Numbered from the stretch's first letter, positions 1 through 12,517 are shown. The stretch is 64,000 bases of DNA from Flectonema sp. DT1601 (GCA_964019425.1 OZ025805.1:248001-312000), one strand, 5' to 3'. Made by a program: numbers and translations. Notes: generated by a model from the sequence alone, not told the origin.

Positions 1-1833
1 AGCGATGGTGATAAGAGCAACAATTCTGAATTCACGGAAGAAATTTTCGAAAGCGAAGCGTCAACAGAACCAGAGCCAACATCAGACTACGAGGCTCTTC
101 GAACCCGACTGAATCTAATGCTCGAAGTCCCATCTTCATCAGTCGGAGCTCAATTTGTCGCTGCGATTTCACTTCTAGCGATCACTGCTAGCACGATTGT
201 TCTTTGTACTGAAACACTTCCTGAAAATCAAGTTCATGTCAGAGAAGGTTCTGTAAATTGGTTTGCAGTCGAAACAGGATTTGTTATTTTCTTTACTCTC
301 GAATTGTTGATCAGGTTGTGGGCATCTCCTGAACGACTTCAATTCTGTAAAAGAATTTTAAACGCTCTCGACCTGGTTGCAATCCTCCCCTACTACATTG
401 AGTTAATAGCTGCTGGTGGATCTGGTAACACCGCATCTGGACTACGTGTCCTTCGGGTTATAAGAGTCGTTAGGGTCTTTAGACTACTACGTATCGCTAG
501 GTACGCAGAGGGTATTCAGTTGGTCGCGACTGTCATGTCTCAGTTGGGAGACGTGTTAGTTTTAGTCCTTTTCGTGATAGCCATCTCGCTTATGGTTTGG
601 AGTAGTTGTTTGTTTTACTTTGAAGGATTTTCAATTTCCTCTTTTGATAAACAAAATACTCGTTGGACTAGAGAGAATGAAGTAACTTCACTGATTCCAA
701 CCAGAGAATATTCACCTTTTCAAAGCATCCCAGCAACTTTCTGGTGGTGTATATCAACCATCACAGTAGTCGGTTACGGAGATGAAGTTCCTTACAGTCC
801 TTCAGCAAAAGCACTTGCGGCATTTGCGATGCTTTCAGGAACTTTTATTATTGCGATTCCTGCATCTGTTTTTGGAAGTAATTTTTTATCAGAACATCAT
901 AGAAGGGGTGTTTTAAAGAAAGAACAAAAACATAAAACGGAAGACGACCACAGTCTTATCCTGTCAGCTATCCTCAGCGTTTCATTGGGTAACTGTGGTG
1001 TTGAGGATCAGCGAACGGGAGGAGTCTCTGATGACATCATAAACAGACTCTTGTGGGATGATCAATTCAACGAAATGGCATCAACCCTGGCTATGAAATA
1101 TAAAAATACCGGAAGAGGATTGTCAGACGAAGATTCTGATTATTTACCAAAATTAAAAGCAATTCATTCTCGGACATCAGTCTTGCAGATGAGTCCAATT
1201 GCTCTTGCTCACAGTTCTCTATTTAGTATAGGACCTGCCGGCATCAATACGTTGGTCAATATTCCAATGGCGAAGAATAGAGTTCACGATTCGACTCCTG
1301 ATTCCAGTGCCTTTGCTGGGATTCCTCAGGCAAGTAGTGGGCTTCCAGTCCCAGTTTCAAGATTTGAGGGTACTCAGACGTTTAAAAAACGTCGATCAGT
1401 CAGGAGAAAGAGTACTTTCGCAGGTGAAGACGAAGCTCTGTCTCACACGGTGATGAATAAACTACTTAGAAACTGTCAGTCTTATCATTCTGATTTATCT
1501 GTTCATACTCTTCGTGAACGTGATAAAGCAATGGCTAGAGATGAGAACAGGGGGCTTCAACCGTCAAATATCCGTCTTGACGATGTCTATTTATCAAACA
1601 AACCGACTACATCATACGCAGCATCTTCATTTGGTGTTCCCAGTGATGGTGTTGTCTCTCCTCCACAGTTGATACTGATACCCGCAACACCTGATCGAAA
1701 ATCTTTAAGAAAACCTTTAGAACTAGATGGTACTGTCAGTAGTATTGATGACGAAGAGCAGGTCAGAACTAGTCCACAACATTCGATTAGCTCTGTTCCG
1801 ACTTTAGATGTAAATGGAGTTCGTGTTGAGTAG
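1..1833 (+). CDS. Voltage-gated K+ channel (Kv/Shaker-like ion transport domain), 5'-partial
   Basis: S4 LRVLRVIRVVRVFRLLRIARY, pore FQSIPATFWW...TITVVGYGD, S6 IIAIPASV. The frame is open from base 1, upstream of the Met at 118. Confidence 0.9.
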   Translation, partial: SDGDKSNNSEFTEEIFESEASTEPEPTSDYEALRTRLNLMLEVPSSSVGAQFVAAISLLAITASTIVLCTETLPENQVHVREGSVNWFAVETGFVIFFTLELLIRLWASPERLQFCKRILNALDLVAILPYYIELIAAGGSGNTASGLRVLRVIRVVRVFRLLRIARYAEGIQLVATVMSQLGDVLVLVLFVIAISLMVWSSCLFYFEGFSISSFDKQNTRWTRENEVTSLIPTREYSPFQSIPATFWWCISTITVVGYGDEVPYSPSAKALAAFAMLSGTFIIAIPASVFGSNFLSEHHRRGVLKKEQKHKTEDDHSLILSAILSVSLGNCGVEDQRTGGVSDDIINRLLWDDQFNEMASTLAMKYKNTGRGLSDEDSDYLPKLKAIHSRTSVLQMSPIALAHSSLFSIGPAGINTLVNIPMAKNRVHDSTPDSSAFAGIPQASSGLPVPVSRFEGTQTFKKRRSVRRKSTFAGEDEALSHTVMNKLLRNCQSYHSDLSVHTLRERDKAMARDENRGLQPSNIRLDDVYLSNKPTTSYAASSFGVPSDGVVSPPQLILIPATPDRKSLRKPLELDGTVSSIDDEEQVRTSPQHSISSVPTLDVNGVRVE

Positions 1834-3183
1834 CGAGATGAATCCATAAGAATCTTTTAACAAAATGATTAAGATTTTGTTTTGAACTGATGACGTCGGA
1901 GAAGAAACTATTCAGATTAAGAGCCGTTTATTTATTATTGTCAAAATGTTATCTGTTTTCCCCGTGCGCCAGTAAAACTACTCTGCGATCAACAAAATAC
2001 TTACTTACTTGCTTATCTGAATGGTTTTTTTTTTTTTTTTCAAAAAAAAATTGATTTTATTCAATTTGTTTTTTTAAGATACAAAAAAAATTACGATTCT
2101 CTCTCTCTCTGTATCTGTCTCTCTCGCTTGAAAGAGAGAGAGGGGTTCCTTTTTTTTTTTCTTTCTTCCCCCTTTCTAGTTATTCATACCACTCTGTGTG
2201 ACGATTAGTGAGCCAAGGGGAGCTTACTACGGGGGAAAAAAAAAAAAAAATACAAATCAGTGGATATATGGTTCTTTTGTAAATTCCATAAGGGATTTAT
2301 AGGAGCGTCAGTTGGGTGGCTGAAAAAAAAAAAAAAAAAAAAAATGGTGTCAGCCACCTTCTCTGTATCTAAACCTGACGAGAGTTTTGTTCTTCATTGT
2401 TTAAATTACAAAACCAAGTTTCGTGACACAAAACAAACAAAAAAACATCACACAGTTATTATATTACTGTTTTCTGTATAGTTTTTAAGATAAAAAAAGC
2501 CAAATTTCTTTTTTCTAAAATACTTTTAACTTGTAAAAATATTTCCGTAAAATGCAAATCCGATAGAGACTTTGAAAGCCGAAAAAAAAAAAATAAAAAA
2601 AAAATAAAAATAAAGTCAACAGTATTTATAGCCTCAAATAATGAATGAACGTGTTACTGCCAGTGAAGGACTTACGTTTTCACTTGCCTTTTTATTTTTT
2701 ATTGATTTGAATTTCTTATGAAGGGGGAATGTTTGCGTCAGTTTTTCTTTGTTTTCTGTTTTGGTGAGATTGGGTTTTTTTATTTTTAATTTCTTTTTAT
2801 ATTTGTTATTGTTCTACCCCTTTTTTTTTTTTTTTTTTCTGTAATTATTATTTTTGTTGTTGTTGTTGTTGTTGTTGTTGTTGATTGTTTGTTTGTTGTT
2901 TGTTGTTTGCATGCGAGACAGAGTGACAGTAGACACTATAGTGTTGAATATTTTTTGTATTATTATTATTATTTTTTTCTTTTCCTTCCCCCCCCTTTTT
3001 CATTCCCTTTCTCCGTTCTATTCATTATTATTTTCTTTCTCTTATCACAAAAACTAATCAGGTTTTTTATCATAGGGGGGGAGGTGTTGTAAAGACTGTT
3101 CTCTCGCTTCCTTCCTCAGCTTGCACTCTGCCGTATTACATTATACCCTGATTTTGGTTTCCCAGGGCTCACGATTAATTAAA

Positions 3184-3320
3184 AATTGAATAACTCGATT
3201 CCGTACTGCACTGAATGACAACACGGAAAAAGAGATGTGTATGCAGCTAAGTTAGAAACATTTATTATAATGTAGAGCAAGTACGTCAATTGCAGGGTGT
3301 TAGCCTGTATTAACATTTTA
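3184..3320 (+). repeat. Dispersed repeat family E with a type I hammerhead-like core; copies at 4345-4480, partial 55290-55335
   Basis: ttccgtactgca ctgaatga caacacggaa...tgcagctaagtta gaaa catttattataatgta; runs into family B or its variant. Confidence 0.8.
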
Positions 3321-5997
3321 AGTCACTTGTGTGTCATGAGTTTTTTAATTTTATTATTGAGTTCTGATACAATACAAGAGAGAGTTATATTCGTATGAAC
3401 CTAATCAAAAACAGTCTTCCCCCCCTTTTTCATTCCCTTTCTTCGTTCTATTCATTATTATTTTTTTCTCTTATCACAAAAACTAATCAGGTTTTTTATC
3501 ATAGGGGGGGAGGTGTTGTAAAGACTGTTCTCTCGCTTCCTTCCTCAGCTTGTTCAGATCTTGAACAAGGTGGACCGCTGAGAATTTGTCCTTCCACCCC
3601 CCCGAAAGCTATAAAAAAACATAATCTCTGTGATCTAGTCCTCTGCTGATGCGGGTTACCCAGAATTCCCTCGTGGTCATCAGTTCTGGATTTTTTTTTC
3701 ACTCTTTCCCATAGTTCACTGTTTCCTTCTTGTTTTTTGACATACATCTATGTTAAGTGACTTCTAGGTGCAATAAATAATATTTTTTTGATTTTTTTTT
3801 TTTTTTTTAAAATAAAAAAATCTTGTTGAGTTTACCGTAGTTGTCTATCTTCCAGTCCGCGAATTACCAGATTCGACAACCGTCTTCTAGTCAATAAGAC
3901 AAACAAAAAAAAACAATATAATTTTCCCCTTTTTTTATGTTTTCTTTTTTTTCTCTAAACGTACCTTTTCTTTTGATTAACAACTGCAAGTATTTTTTTT
4001 TTTTTTTTTTTCCAGTCAAATACTTTGATGTTATTTTGCTTTTTTTTTTTAACATTGTCAAAGTTTCACCTTCCCCCCTCAGTCACTTGTATCTAAAGTT
4101 AAGCATCACACCTAGTCACTGTATCTCAGAACTAATGTTAAATTATCGTTATGTTGTTTATGATACAAAACATTTGTATTTTACGTACAAAATCAAACAG
4201 TTAACTCCCCTAGTCACTTGTATCTAAAAAACTAATGTTAAATTATCTTTATATGTAATAAATAAATAAATGTTTTTATGATTCAATACACTTGTAATTT
4301 TTACAAAAAAATCAAAAGAACATACAAACCTCCCCTCCTGTTGTACTCGATTCCGTACTGCACTGAATGACAACACGGAAAAAAAAAGAGATGTGTAATG
4401 CAGCTAAGTTAAGAAACATTTATTATAATGTAAAATATTTACGTCAATTACAGAGTGTATACCTACACTAACATTACTTTTAGTCAAAAATAATGTTAAA
4501 ATTATCGTTATGTTGTTGTTTTATGATACAATACACTTGTATTTTTACGTACGAACTCGAACAGTTAACCTTCTCTCTTGTTATTTTGGTGAATCAGCGG
4601 TAGGAGCTGAAAAAAAAAAAAAATGGAGAGAAGTGTAAACCTGTCAGTCGATTGATGATATTTGTTTTCTGTGTAGTTGTAAGGATTTAAAGATCCATAA
4701 TTTTTTTTTTTTTTTTATCATGTCTTATGAGGTACGCCATTTTCATGATTATTATTTTTTTTTTTAAATTTTTTTTAATTTTAATTTTTTTTTTTTTTTG
4801 CACTGACAAAGTTGGAAAAGAAAAACCATTCAGATTAAAAAAAAGAGCATATTTTTTTTTTTTTATTTTCATTATGGTCAAAAAAAAAAAAAAAGAATGT
4901 TATCTATTTTTTCCCCGTTTTATGTGTGTCGTCGGTAAAGCTGTCTGCAACCATCATTATATATAAGGCTTTTTGTGTTTTCTTTTTTATTATGAACATG
5001 AAAACTTAAAGGTAACTATGTTTCAGTCCTGCAAACTGGAATGACTCAGTCTCAACATTTGACATTACTGATGATGAGAGAATAGAGGTAAAGTGGTGTA
5101 TATGGATTACTATGGAAATCTGAATAGTTACTTTATTATGCTAAGTTGCGTATCACGCCTTAGTCAAACAGTTGTTTTTATGATACAATGTCGGTTGTAA
5201 TTCTTACAAAAAAAAAAAAAAAAAAAATCGAACATGCATCCCTCGTCGGGTAATTTAATACTGTCTGAGATTATTGTGATATAAGGCTGCTTTTGTCTGA
5301 ATGGAATTTTTTTTTTTTTTTTTTTTGTAGAAACAGATGGGGTTCCGTAGGATCAAAAAAACTTATCTTAACTTCCTACCACCCTACTAATAAATGGGAT
5401 GCGTCGTGTAGCTAACTTTTGATGGCAATACATTTTATTGTAAATATATATTTAAAAAAAAAAAAAAAAACTATTGTCCTCCTCCTTGCTTCTTCACTTT
5501 GTTTGTTATTCTCCCCCCGCCTTACTTTTTTTATAGTTTTAACTTAGTTTTTCAAGTTGCTTCATATTTAACAGCAGTATCAAAATTGCCTTCCTCTCAT
5601 TTCGTTCTTTGTATAATTGCCAGTCTTTCCAAATTACCGTTTTTTTTTTTTTTTCTTCGTCTTTTTTTGTGTTGCCGTAGTTGTAGTACCGGACGGCATT
5701 ACAGTGATTCACAAAGTGCTTGTGAGAAGAAAATAATTTGAAAAAAAAAAAAAAAAAAAAGAAACAGCAACAACAACCACAACAGCAACAGCAACAGCAA
5801 CAACACTTGTTAACTTACATATTCTTGATGCGTATTCAGTGTCGGTGGGGTGGTCTCCACTGGTTGGTTTTTTTTTCTATTCACATATGTGTATTCTTTT
5901 TTTTTTTTTTTTAAAAAAAAACTTTTTTTAAAAAGTGATATTATCTAAAAACTCATTCATTTTAACAGCCTGTCGTATTTATTATGTAATTCTTTTT

Positions 5998-6150
5998 TGC
6001 ATTTAACAAGTATTGTAAGAACGAAAAAGAATGTTGGCAGCACACGTAAACCTCCTTTAGCTTTATCAGTTTAAGTCGGTTCACGGTGGGGTTTCGTGTG
6101 ACACAAACAAAAAAAAATATCAACAGTTGTTATATTATTATATTTTCTGT
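5998..6150 (+). repeat. Dispersed repeat family C; copies at 58860-58965, 63567-63680, 8644-8737 (minus), 3' part 2418-2480
   Basis: tgcatttaacaagtattgtaagaacg...gcacacgtaaacc...ggttcacggtttcgtg. Confidence 0.9.
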
Positions 6151-6214
6151 ATGATTCTTTTTTCGCCAGGGTTTCGCAATTTTTCCCTTCTCCTCTTTTT
6201 AAAAAAATGATTAA

Positions 6215-7702
6215 ATGGATCTACTAACAAACAGTCCGGATGTGGTATACCATGATCCAACTCAGTCAGCATGTAGAGACGAGGGATTATTTGTAGGAAA
6301 AGTCGACGAAGAATACATCTGCCCAGTTGGCCACGGAGTACTACGAGATCCGGTTATGACTCTTTGCCAACATGAATTTTGCAGAAGTTGTTTACAAAAA
6401 GCTTTACAACATAGAGAAGAATGTCCTCTCTGTAGAAATACACTTAAGGAAAGTGATTTAAAACCAGCGTATAAAACATCTCGTCAGATTCAAAAATTAA
6501 CATCTTACTGTTGTAACAAGATAAATTCATGTGACTGGGAGGGATCTTGGTCCGACCTTGATTCTCATAAAGAGCAATGTCCGTATCAATTACTTGTTTG
6601 TGAATTTTGTAATGAACCGATTCAAAGACGATTAGCTGCTGATCACCTTGAGAGTTGTGTTATGAGACCTGAAATGTGTTTATCTTGTCAAGAAGAGTAT
6701 CCAACTTGTGATATGAACACTCACGTAGCATCGTGTCCAAAAAAGATGATTAGTTGTGATTTGTGTGATAAGAAGATGTTTTTAGAATCTAAAGATAATC
6801 ATGATTCTAACCACTGTCAGTTAGCAATCACTAGCTGTCCTTTTAAAGAGTATGGCTGTCCAGTTGGTGATGTAAAGAGACAGGATCTCGATCAGCACAT
6901 TACGTCCTTTATATCATCACACACACTTCTTCTTTGTGCTAAGATTAGTGATCAGGATAAGAAAATTTTACAACAACAAATGCTGATTGAAAAATTACTT
7001 CAGAGGACATCAGTCCTAACAGTTGAACAAGTTTCTGATAACACTGGACCGTGTAATTTTAGTTCAATCACAGAGGCATTGTTGAATGCTGAGCCAGGTG
7101 ATCACGTTGTGGTTAAAAGTGGTGTTTACAGAGAATGCCTCATGCTAGACAGAGGAATAACTCTTCAGGCTGATGGAGCAAATGTAGTAATTGAGAATGT
7201 TAAGGAAAGCAATGTAGTAATTGTGTCTGGACCTGGGACACTAGCTGGTTTCAAACTTCGTCAAAAAAGTCCGAATTTCTTTTGCATTCGGGTCACATCA
7301 ACAGATAGTCAAACTACAATAACCCGATGCGATATTGAATCTCAATTTTCGTGTCTTCAAATCGAGAGTCATGCCAACCCAATTGTTCGACACAACAAAA
7401 TTCATTCAGCATCTCAATGTGGCATCCTCGTTAAGAAAGCAGGAAAGGGAATAATCCAGCATAATGATATCTTTAACAACTGTCTTGTTAATATTTATGT
7501 TGACGAGCTTGCCGAACCTTGTATTACAGAAAATAGAATTTATAGTAGTCAGCAACACGGAGTGTGGATTAAACCAAATGTGGGACCTGCTGCTGTTGTT
7601 AGTGAGAATATTATTTATAATAACGCGATGAGTGACGTGAAGTTGGAGGATGGTGCGAACCCGAAGATGACGAAAAACAGTTATCGCAGTGGTGAAGGTT
7701 AG
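6215..7702 (+). CDS. RING finger + TRAF-type zinc fingers + coiled coil + right-handed beta-helix (CASH/PbH1) protein, probable E3 ligase
   Basis: CPVG...CQHEFCRSC...CPLC RING; repeated H-x3-C-x6-C-x2-C TRAF-Zn units; C-terminal 'HNKIH..S.Q.GI.V' beta-helix repeats. Confidence 0.85.
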   Translation: MDLLTNSPDVVYHDPTQSACRDEGLFVGKVDEEYICPVGHGVLRDPVMTLCQHEFCRSCLQKALQHREECPLCRNTLKESDLKPAYKTSRQIQKLTSYCCNKINSCDWEGSWSDLDSHKEQCPYQLLVCEFCNEPIQRRLAADHLESCVMRPEMCLSCQEEYPTCDMNTHVASCPKKMISCDLCDKKMFLESKDNHDSNHCQLAITSCPFKEYGCPVGDVKRQDLDQHITSFISSHTLLLCAKISDQDKKILQQQMLIEKLLQRTSVLTVEQVSDNTGPCNFSSITEALLNAEPGDHVVVKSGVYRECLMLDRGITLQADGANVVIENVKESNVVIVSGPGTLAGFKLRQKSPNFFCIRVTSTDSQTTITRCDIESQFSCLQIESHANPIVRHNKIHSASQCGILVKKAGKGIIQHNDIFNNCLVNIYVDELAEPCITENRIYSSQQHGVWIKPNVGPAAVVSENIIYNNAMSDVKLEDGANPKMTKNSYRSGEG

Positions 7703-7747
7703 CTGAAGTCGCCTATTCTAGCTGTGGCAAAGGGGGAGGAGGAAGAA

Positions 7748-7783
<36 letters not shown>

Positions 7784-9095
7784 ACTTATCAGTTTTTTTT
7801 AATGGAGGAAAAAAAAAAAAAAAAAAAATTCTTATTACAGAAAAAAAATGAAAAGTTAACTTACAAATTTCGTAAATTCCTTTTTTAGCTTTCAAAGGTT
7901 TTTCACCCGAATTATAAAAAAAAAATAAAAGTAAAATAAAAAAATAACGAAGTATTACTTTCATCGGTCGTGATTTGTGATATGGAAGATGCATCGCTTT
8001 GGTCTGTGGGTACTCTAGACTACAAATAGATTTCCGGACCCAAGAGACATCGCTTATTTTGTTATTTGGAATTTCCCCTTAACAAAATGTGCAGGTATTT
8101 ATCATCATGAGCTATAAATAGTATACTTTTAAAGTTTTTTTTTTTTTTTTTTTTTTTTTTTTCAGATGTGCCAGAGAGGGTAAAGAAGCGAATCGGCCCC
8201 CCTCCGACCGTAATATTATGTGGTTTAATGAACAATTGGGGAAAAAAAAAAAAAAAAAAAAAAAAAGGAAATTGACTTTAACCTAAAACTATGCAGAAAA
8301 ATAGTATTGTGTCAGTCGATTTCCTGCAGGATGTCAGATTTTGTGTTTTTTTTTTTTTTTTTTTTTTTTTTTTTGTTTTGTACCGACGTAGTCGGAGAAG
8401 AAACTATTCAGATTGAAAGTCGTTGTTTCTTATTTTTTTTTTTCCATAATTTATTTTCCCCCGTGCGAAAGGATTCTGTCTGCGTTCAACAAAATACCTA
8501 ATACCTGGAGTCAACCCAAACACTGTGCTGCACTTGTCAGTTGGTGTTGAATGGCTCAGCTCCAACTAACACCCCGTGGACAGCTGCGTTCAACGAAATA
8601 TAAGGCTAATCTGATAAGAATTTTTTTGTTTGTTTGTTTGCAGCGAAAACCGTAAACCGACTCAAACCGATAGGTTTACGTGTGCTGTCGTCCCGCCCCA
8701 ACAATCTTTTCTTTTTCTTGCTCTTTACAATACCTAACAAAAAAAAACAAAAAAAAAATAAATAAAGAAGAACTACAGATAGCGGTTCATCTGATTCCCT
8801 TTATACTTAAAGGGGCCACGTTGAAGTCAGATGTTCGATCACTTTGAAAAACATTCATTAGCCTGCTCACTTGTGCCATTTACTTGTGTTAGTCGGAGGG
8901 TTTATTATTATTATTTTTTCTTCTTCCCTACCTTGCTTTTAATATATATATATATAAGTCTTCTCGTTGTGGATTATTTTTTGGTTTAGTGTTGTTACTT
9001 TCTGTGTGTGTTTTTTTTGTTTTTTTCCGTCTTAGTTTTTTTTTTTTTTTTTTTACTGCAAAATTACAAAAAAGATTAACAATAAAACAACAACA

Positions 9096-9742
9096 ATGAA
9101 GGGATTAACTCATAATCTAATGCATTGTATGAAATGTCAGAAGTACCCTCTGAAGGTTGCTGCACAAGAAGTTGGTCAGTTAGAATGTGAATTTGATAAT
9201 GATCACATCGTCAGAATGATTCCAAAGCTCGATTGGACTGGACTGCTCTCCCTTCAGCAAGACTTCAAGGAGTTCGCTAAGGTATGCGTTTTTTTTTTTT
9301 TTTTTTTTTTTTTGCACCGACGAAAGTAGGTTAAGTAATACTGTCTGCTTTATCTGAATGGTTTTTTTTGTGCCTACAAACCTAATTTGTTCGGGGTAGA
9401 AGGAGAATTCTGGATGCGTATTTAACCTGTTTTCTTTTATTAGGATCTTGCGAACAAACAAAATAAAAAAGTGTAGAGTAAAGAAAGTGTAATTTGCCGA
9501 TTCTTTTTTTTCTTTCTTCTAAATTTTAATACAACTATCACACAACACACACACAGAAGGACATGACCGCACTTCCTGAGTCCCAACCTGTTGATTTGTC
9601 AGCGCAGACCGAGTTACTTAAAACTATTCATAACTTAATTATGGAAATCAAGGTAGTCACCGGTCACCTTGAGTGTGAGTCATGCGGTACCAAATTCGAG
9701 ATTAAGGACACTATTCCAAACATGGTTCTTAACGAGAAATAA
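9096..9742 (+). CDS. TRM112: Trm112 methyltransferase activator; two exons 9096-9281 and 9557-9742 (alternative NAGNAG acceptor at 9560)
   Basis: Exon 1 MKGLTHNLM...YPLKV...RMIPKLDW; intron GTATGC...ACACAG; exon 2 in frame: LLKTIHNLIMEIKVVTGHLECESCGTKFEIKDTIPNMVL. The ORF track misses exon 2. Confidence 0.9.
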
Positions 9743-10086
9743 AAAAAATGTGAGATTTTTTTTGGTTCTATGGAAACGAAGCAAAAAAAAAAAATGCTGC
9801 CTCGAAAACAGTCAGCTACCCCCCCCAACATGTTGAGTCGTTCTATTTTAAATAGCAAAATTTAAAATACTGAGAGAGGTTGCATCTTGTTAAATGGTCA
9901 GTATAACGGAAAAAAAAAAAAAAAAAAAAAAAAAGTTTTTTTTTTGGAACGCACATAAGATTATGAAAAAAAAAAAAAAAAAAGAGAGTTAGGGGGGGGA
10001 CATCAAATACGTTTTGTTCATCAAAAAAAAAAAAAAAAAAAAAACCAACTTCACACTACTTGTCCCCAATCAGGTGCTATATAATA

Positions 10087-12482
10087 ATGACAAGCACGGT
10101 GTCTTCGGGGGCTCCTGGACATGTCGAAGCATTGGAGCTGACTAATTTTAAAAGTTACAAAGGAACGCACTACATAGGTCCTTTTAGAGACTTTACTTGC
10201 ATCATAGGTCCTAATGGATCAGGTAAAAGTAATATCATGGATGCAATAAGTTTTGTGTTGGGGATTAGAACACATTCTATGAGAGCGAGTACGCTAAAAG
10301 ACTTGATTTACAATGTGGAAGATGAAGAGGTTGTTGATAAGGCGAGTGTGAAATTGAATTTCGCTGCTGTGAATTCGAAAATTGTCGTTTTTCAAAGGAC
10401 TGTTACGGGTTCGGGTAATTCAGATTTTTTAGTAGATGGAAAAAAACACAGTTGGGGGAGTTATGAAAAAGTTTTAGCACAGTATAACATATTGACTTCA
10501 TCAAGAAACTGTTTAATATTCCAAGGAGAGGTGGAATCAATGGTTCACAAACCCCTTCGAGACATCACTACCATGATTGAACTCGTAGCCGGTTCTGCCG
10601 ATCTAAAATCAGACTACGAAGCAAAAAAAAAAATTCATGAACAGACCAGCGAACGTTTTGCACAAACATCCAAACAAAAACGTGGGGCAATCTACGAACA
10701 AGATTTGTTGAAAATGCAAAAAGCCGAAGCAGACGACTACTACAAACACATGAACCAACTAGGTGTCGTTAAAAGTGACTATGCGATGCTTCAATTTTAC
10801 CACATTGAAAATGAGCTGTTTCAAGCAAAGAAACATCACCAAACAGCTATGAAGGTAGTCTCTGAGAAAGAAAAGAGTGCGAATGACTTAGAAGACAAAC
10901 ATCGGGCGTATAAGCAGCGCATCGCTGAATGTCACAAAGAGACGATGCAATTAATGAAGATCGAGCGATCGAAACAACATGACTTGTTGGCAAAAAAAAG
11001 AACAACAGCGGAATCCGACATGCAAACCAAAAATTTAGAATTTAAAATACAAAGAGTGAAGGCCCATTTGACAACAGCAAAGAAAGAAGGAACAGCTCAG
11101 TCAACTCGACTTGAAAATTTACAACAGGATCTGGCTGAACAAGAAACACTTATACAACAACACGAAACAGTATGGCTACAGGAAGACAAACAAGGTACGT
11201 TATCTGACAAAGACTACGATGAATTTCGCAGACTACGGGAGGAAGCCCAAGCCTCAACTGTTGGTCTCACTCAGGCTGTCCGACAAATCAAAAGAGAATC
11301 AGATCTGCTTTCACATCAAATAACTTCCTTAGAAGAGGTTGAGAAGGACCACATCCGACGAGTCAGAGCAGCTGAAGACCGCGCCAACACTTTTGAAAAA
11401 AAGAAGGAAGAACTCCAAAACCAAGGAGTAGACGCTTCTCAACAGAAAGAAGAACGTAACTCCGAATTACTAAACATTAAGGGACTACTTGAAAGACAAA
11501 AACAAGAATTAGCAAAGAAAGAGACAGCTTTAAAGTCAATCACCGAAGATGTCGCCAGCATTCGTCAGGACCGTGACGACAGTAAAAGTAGTCTCCGCAT
11601 GAAACAGGTTTGTAATTTTTTTTTTTTTTATTTTTTTAAAAATACGTACGCAACCTGTGGATTCTATTTCTACCGAACAATGGGTTTTTTCTTTTTGTGA
11701 TGACATTTGTGATGACATTATTTTCTCATATACCTTTCCGAATTTCTTTTGTCTTTTTGAAATTCAATTTTCTTTGCTCATTCTTCCTAGATGACATCCT
11801 CGCTAAATCGCTCAATCTCTTTGGAATTCTGCTGATTCGGTTTCGTTTTGTGCTGTAAAAACGATAATCTGGCCAAACTTAGTTTTATTACAATATAGTC
11901 CAGAATCTTTACTTTTTTGGGATTCCCAAAGTTTTCCCACAATTGCCCAGGGAGACTGTTCTCTAGCAAGTTACAGCTCTTCTAACAAAATGTAATTTTT
12001 TTTTTTTTTTTTTTAAATATGTTATATATCAGTCATTCCTTTTTTTTGCGAACAAATTTCGGACACCGAAAAAAACTTTCAAAAAAAAATTGTAAAATTT
12101 TCGATCGAAGCGGCATTTTAATGCGCTGCATCGTTGGGTTCATTTCCGTCCGAAATCGGGAGGTTGGCATCACATACTTGTCACCCGAATTGAGAAAAGA
12201 GATTTTGTGGTTTACTAAGTCAGCTCAGCCGTGGACAAGTACCAAAACTAAAAATTAATCGAAGGGTCTAATTTTACACTGCTGGCCCAGCGGGATCCAG
12301 GGAAAAAATAATCGAGCAAAAATATATTAAAGAGTACAAAGCATGTGCCGGTGAGGCAGATTGTTACTACCAGTCTTTTTGGACCTACTTTGATACTTAA
12401 TGAAAACACTTGTACAACACTTTCTTTATATGAAGTCACAACTTATGATGAATTATGAGCTATCTGAGCCACATGAAGTGAT

Positions 12483-12517
<35 letters not shown>

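Noticed and set aside
5068..5123. C/D box snoRNA (UGAUGA...CUGA)
   Set aside because: The CUGA is not kept in other family D copies; the UGAUGA fits a hammerhead core better
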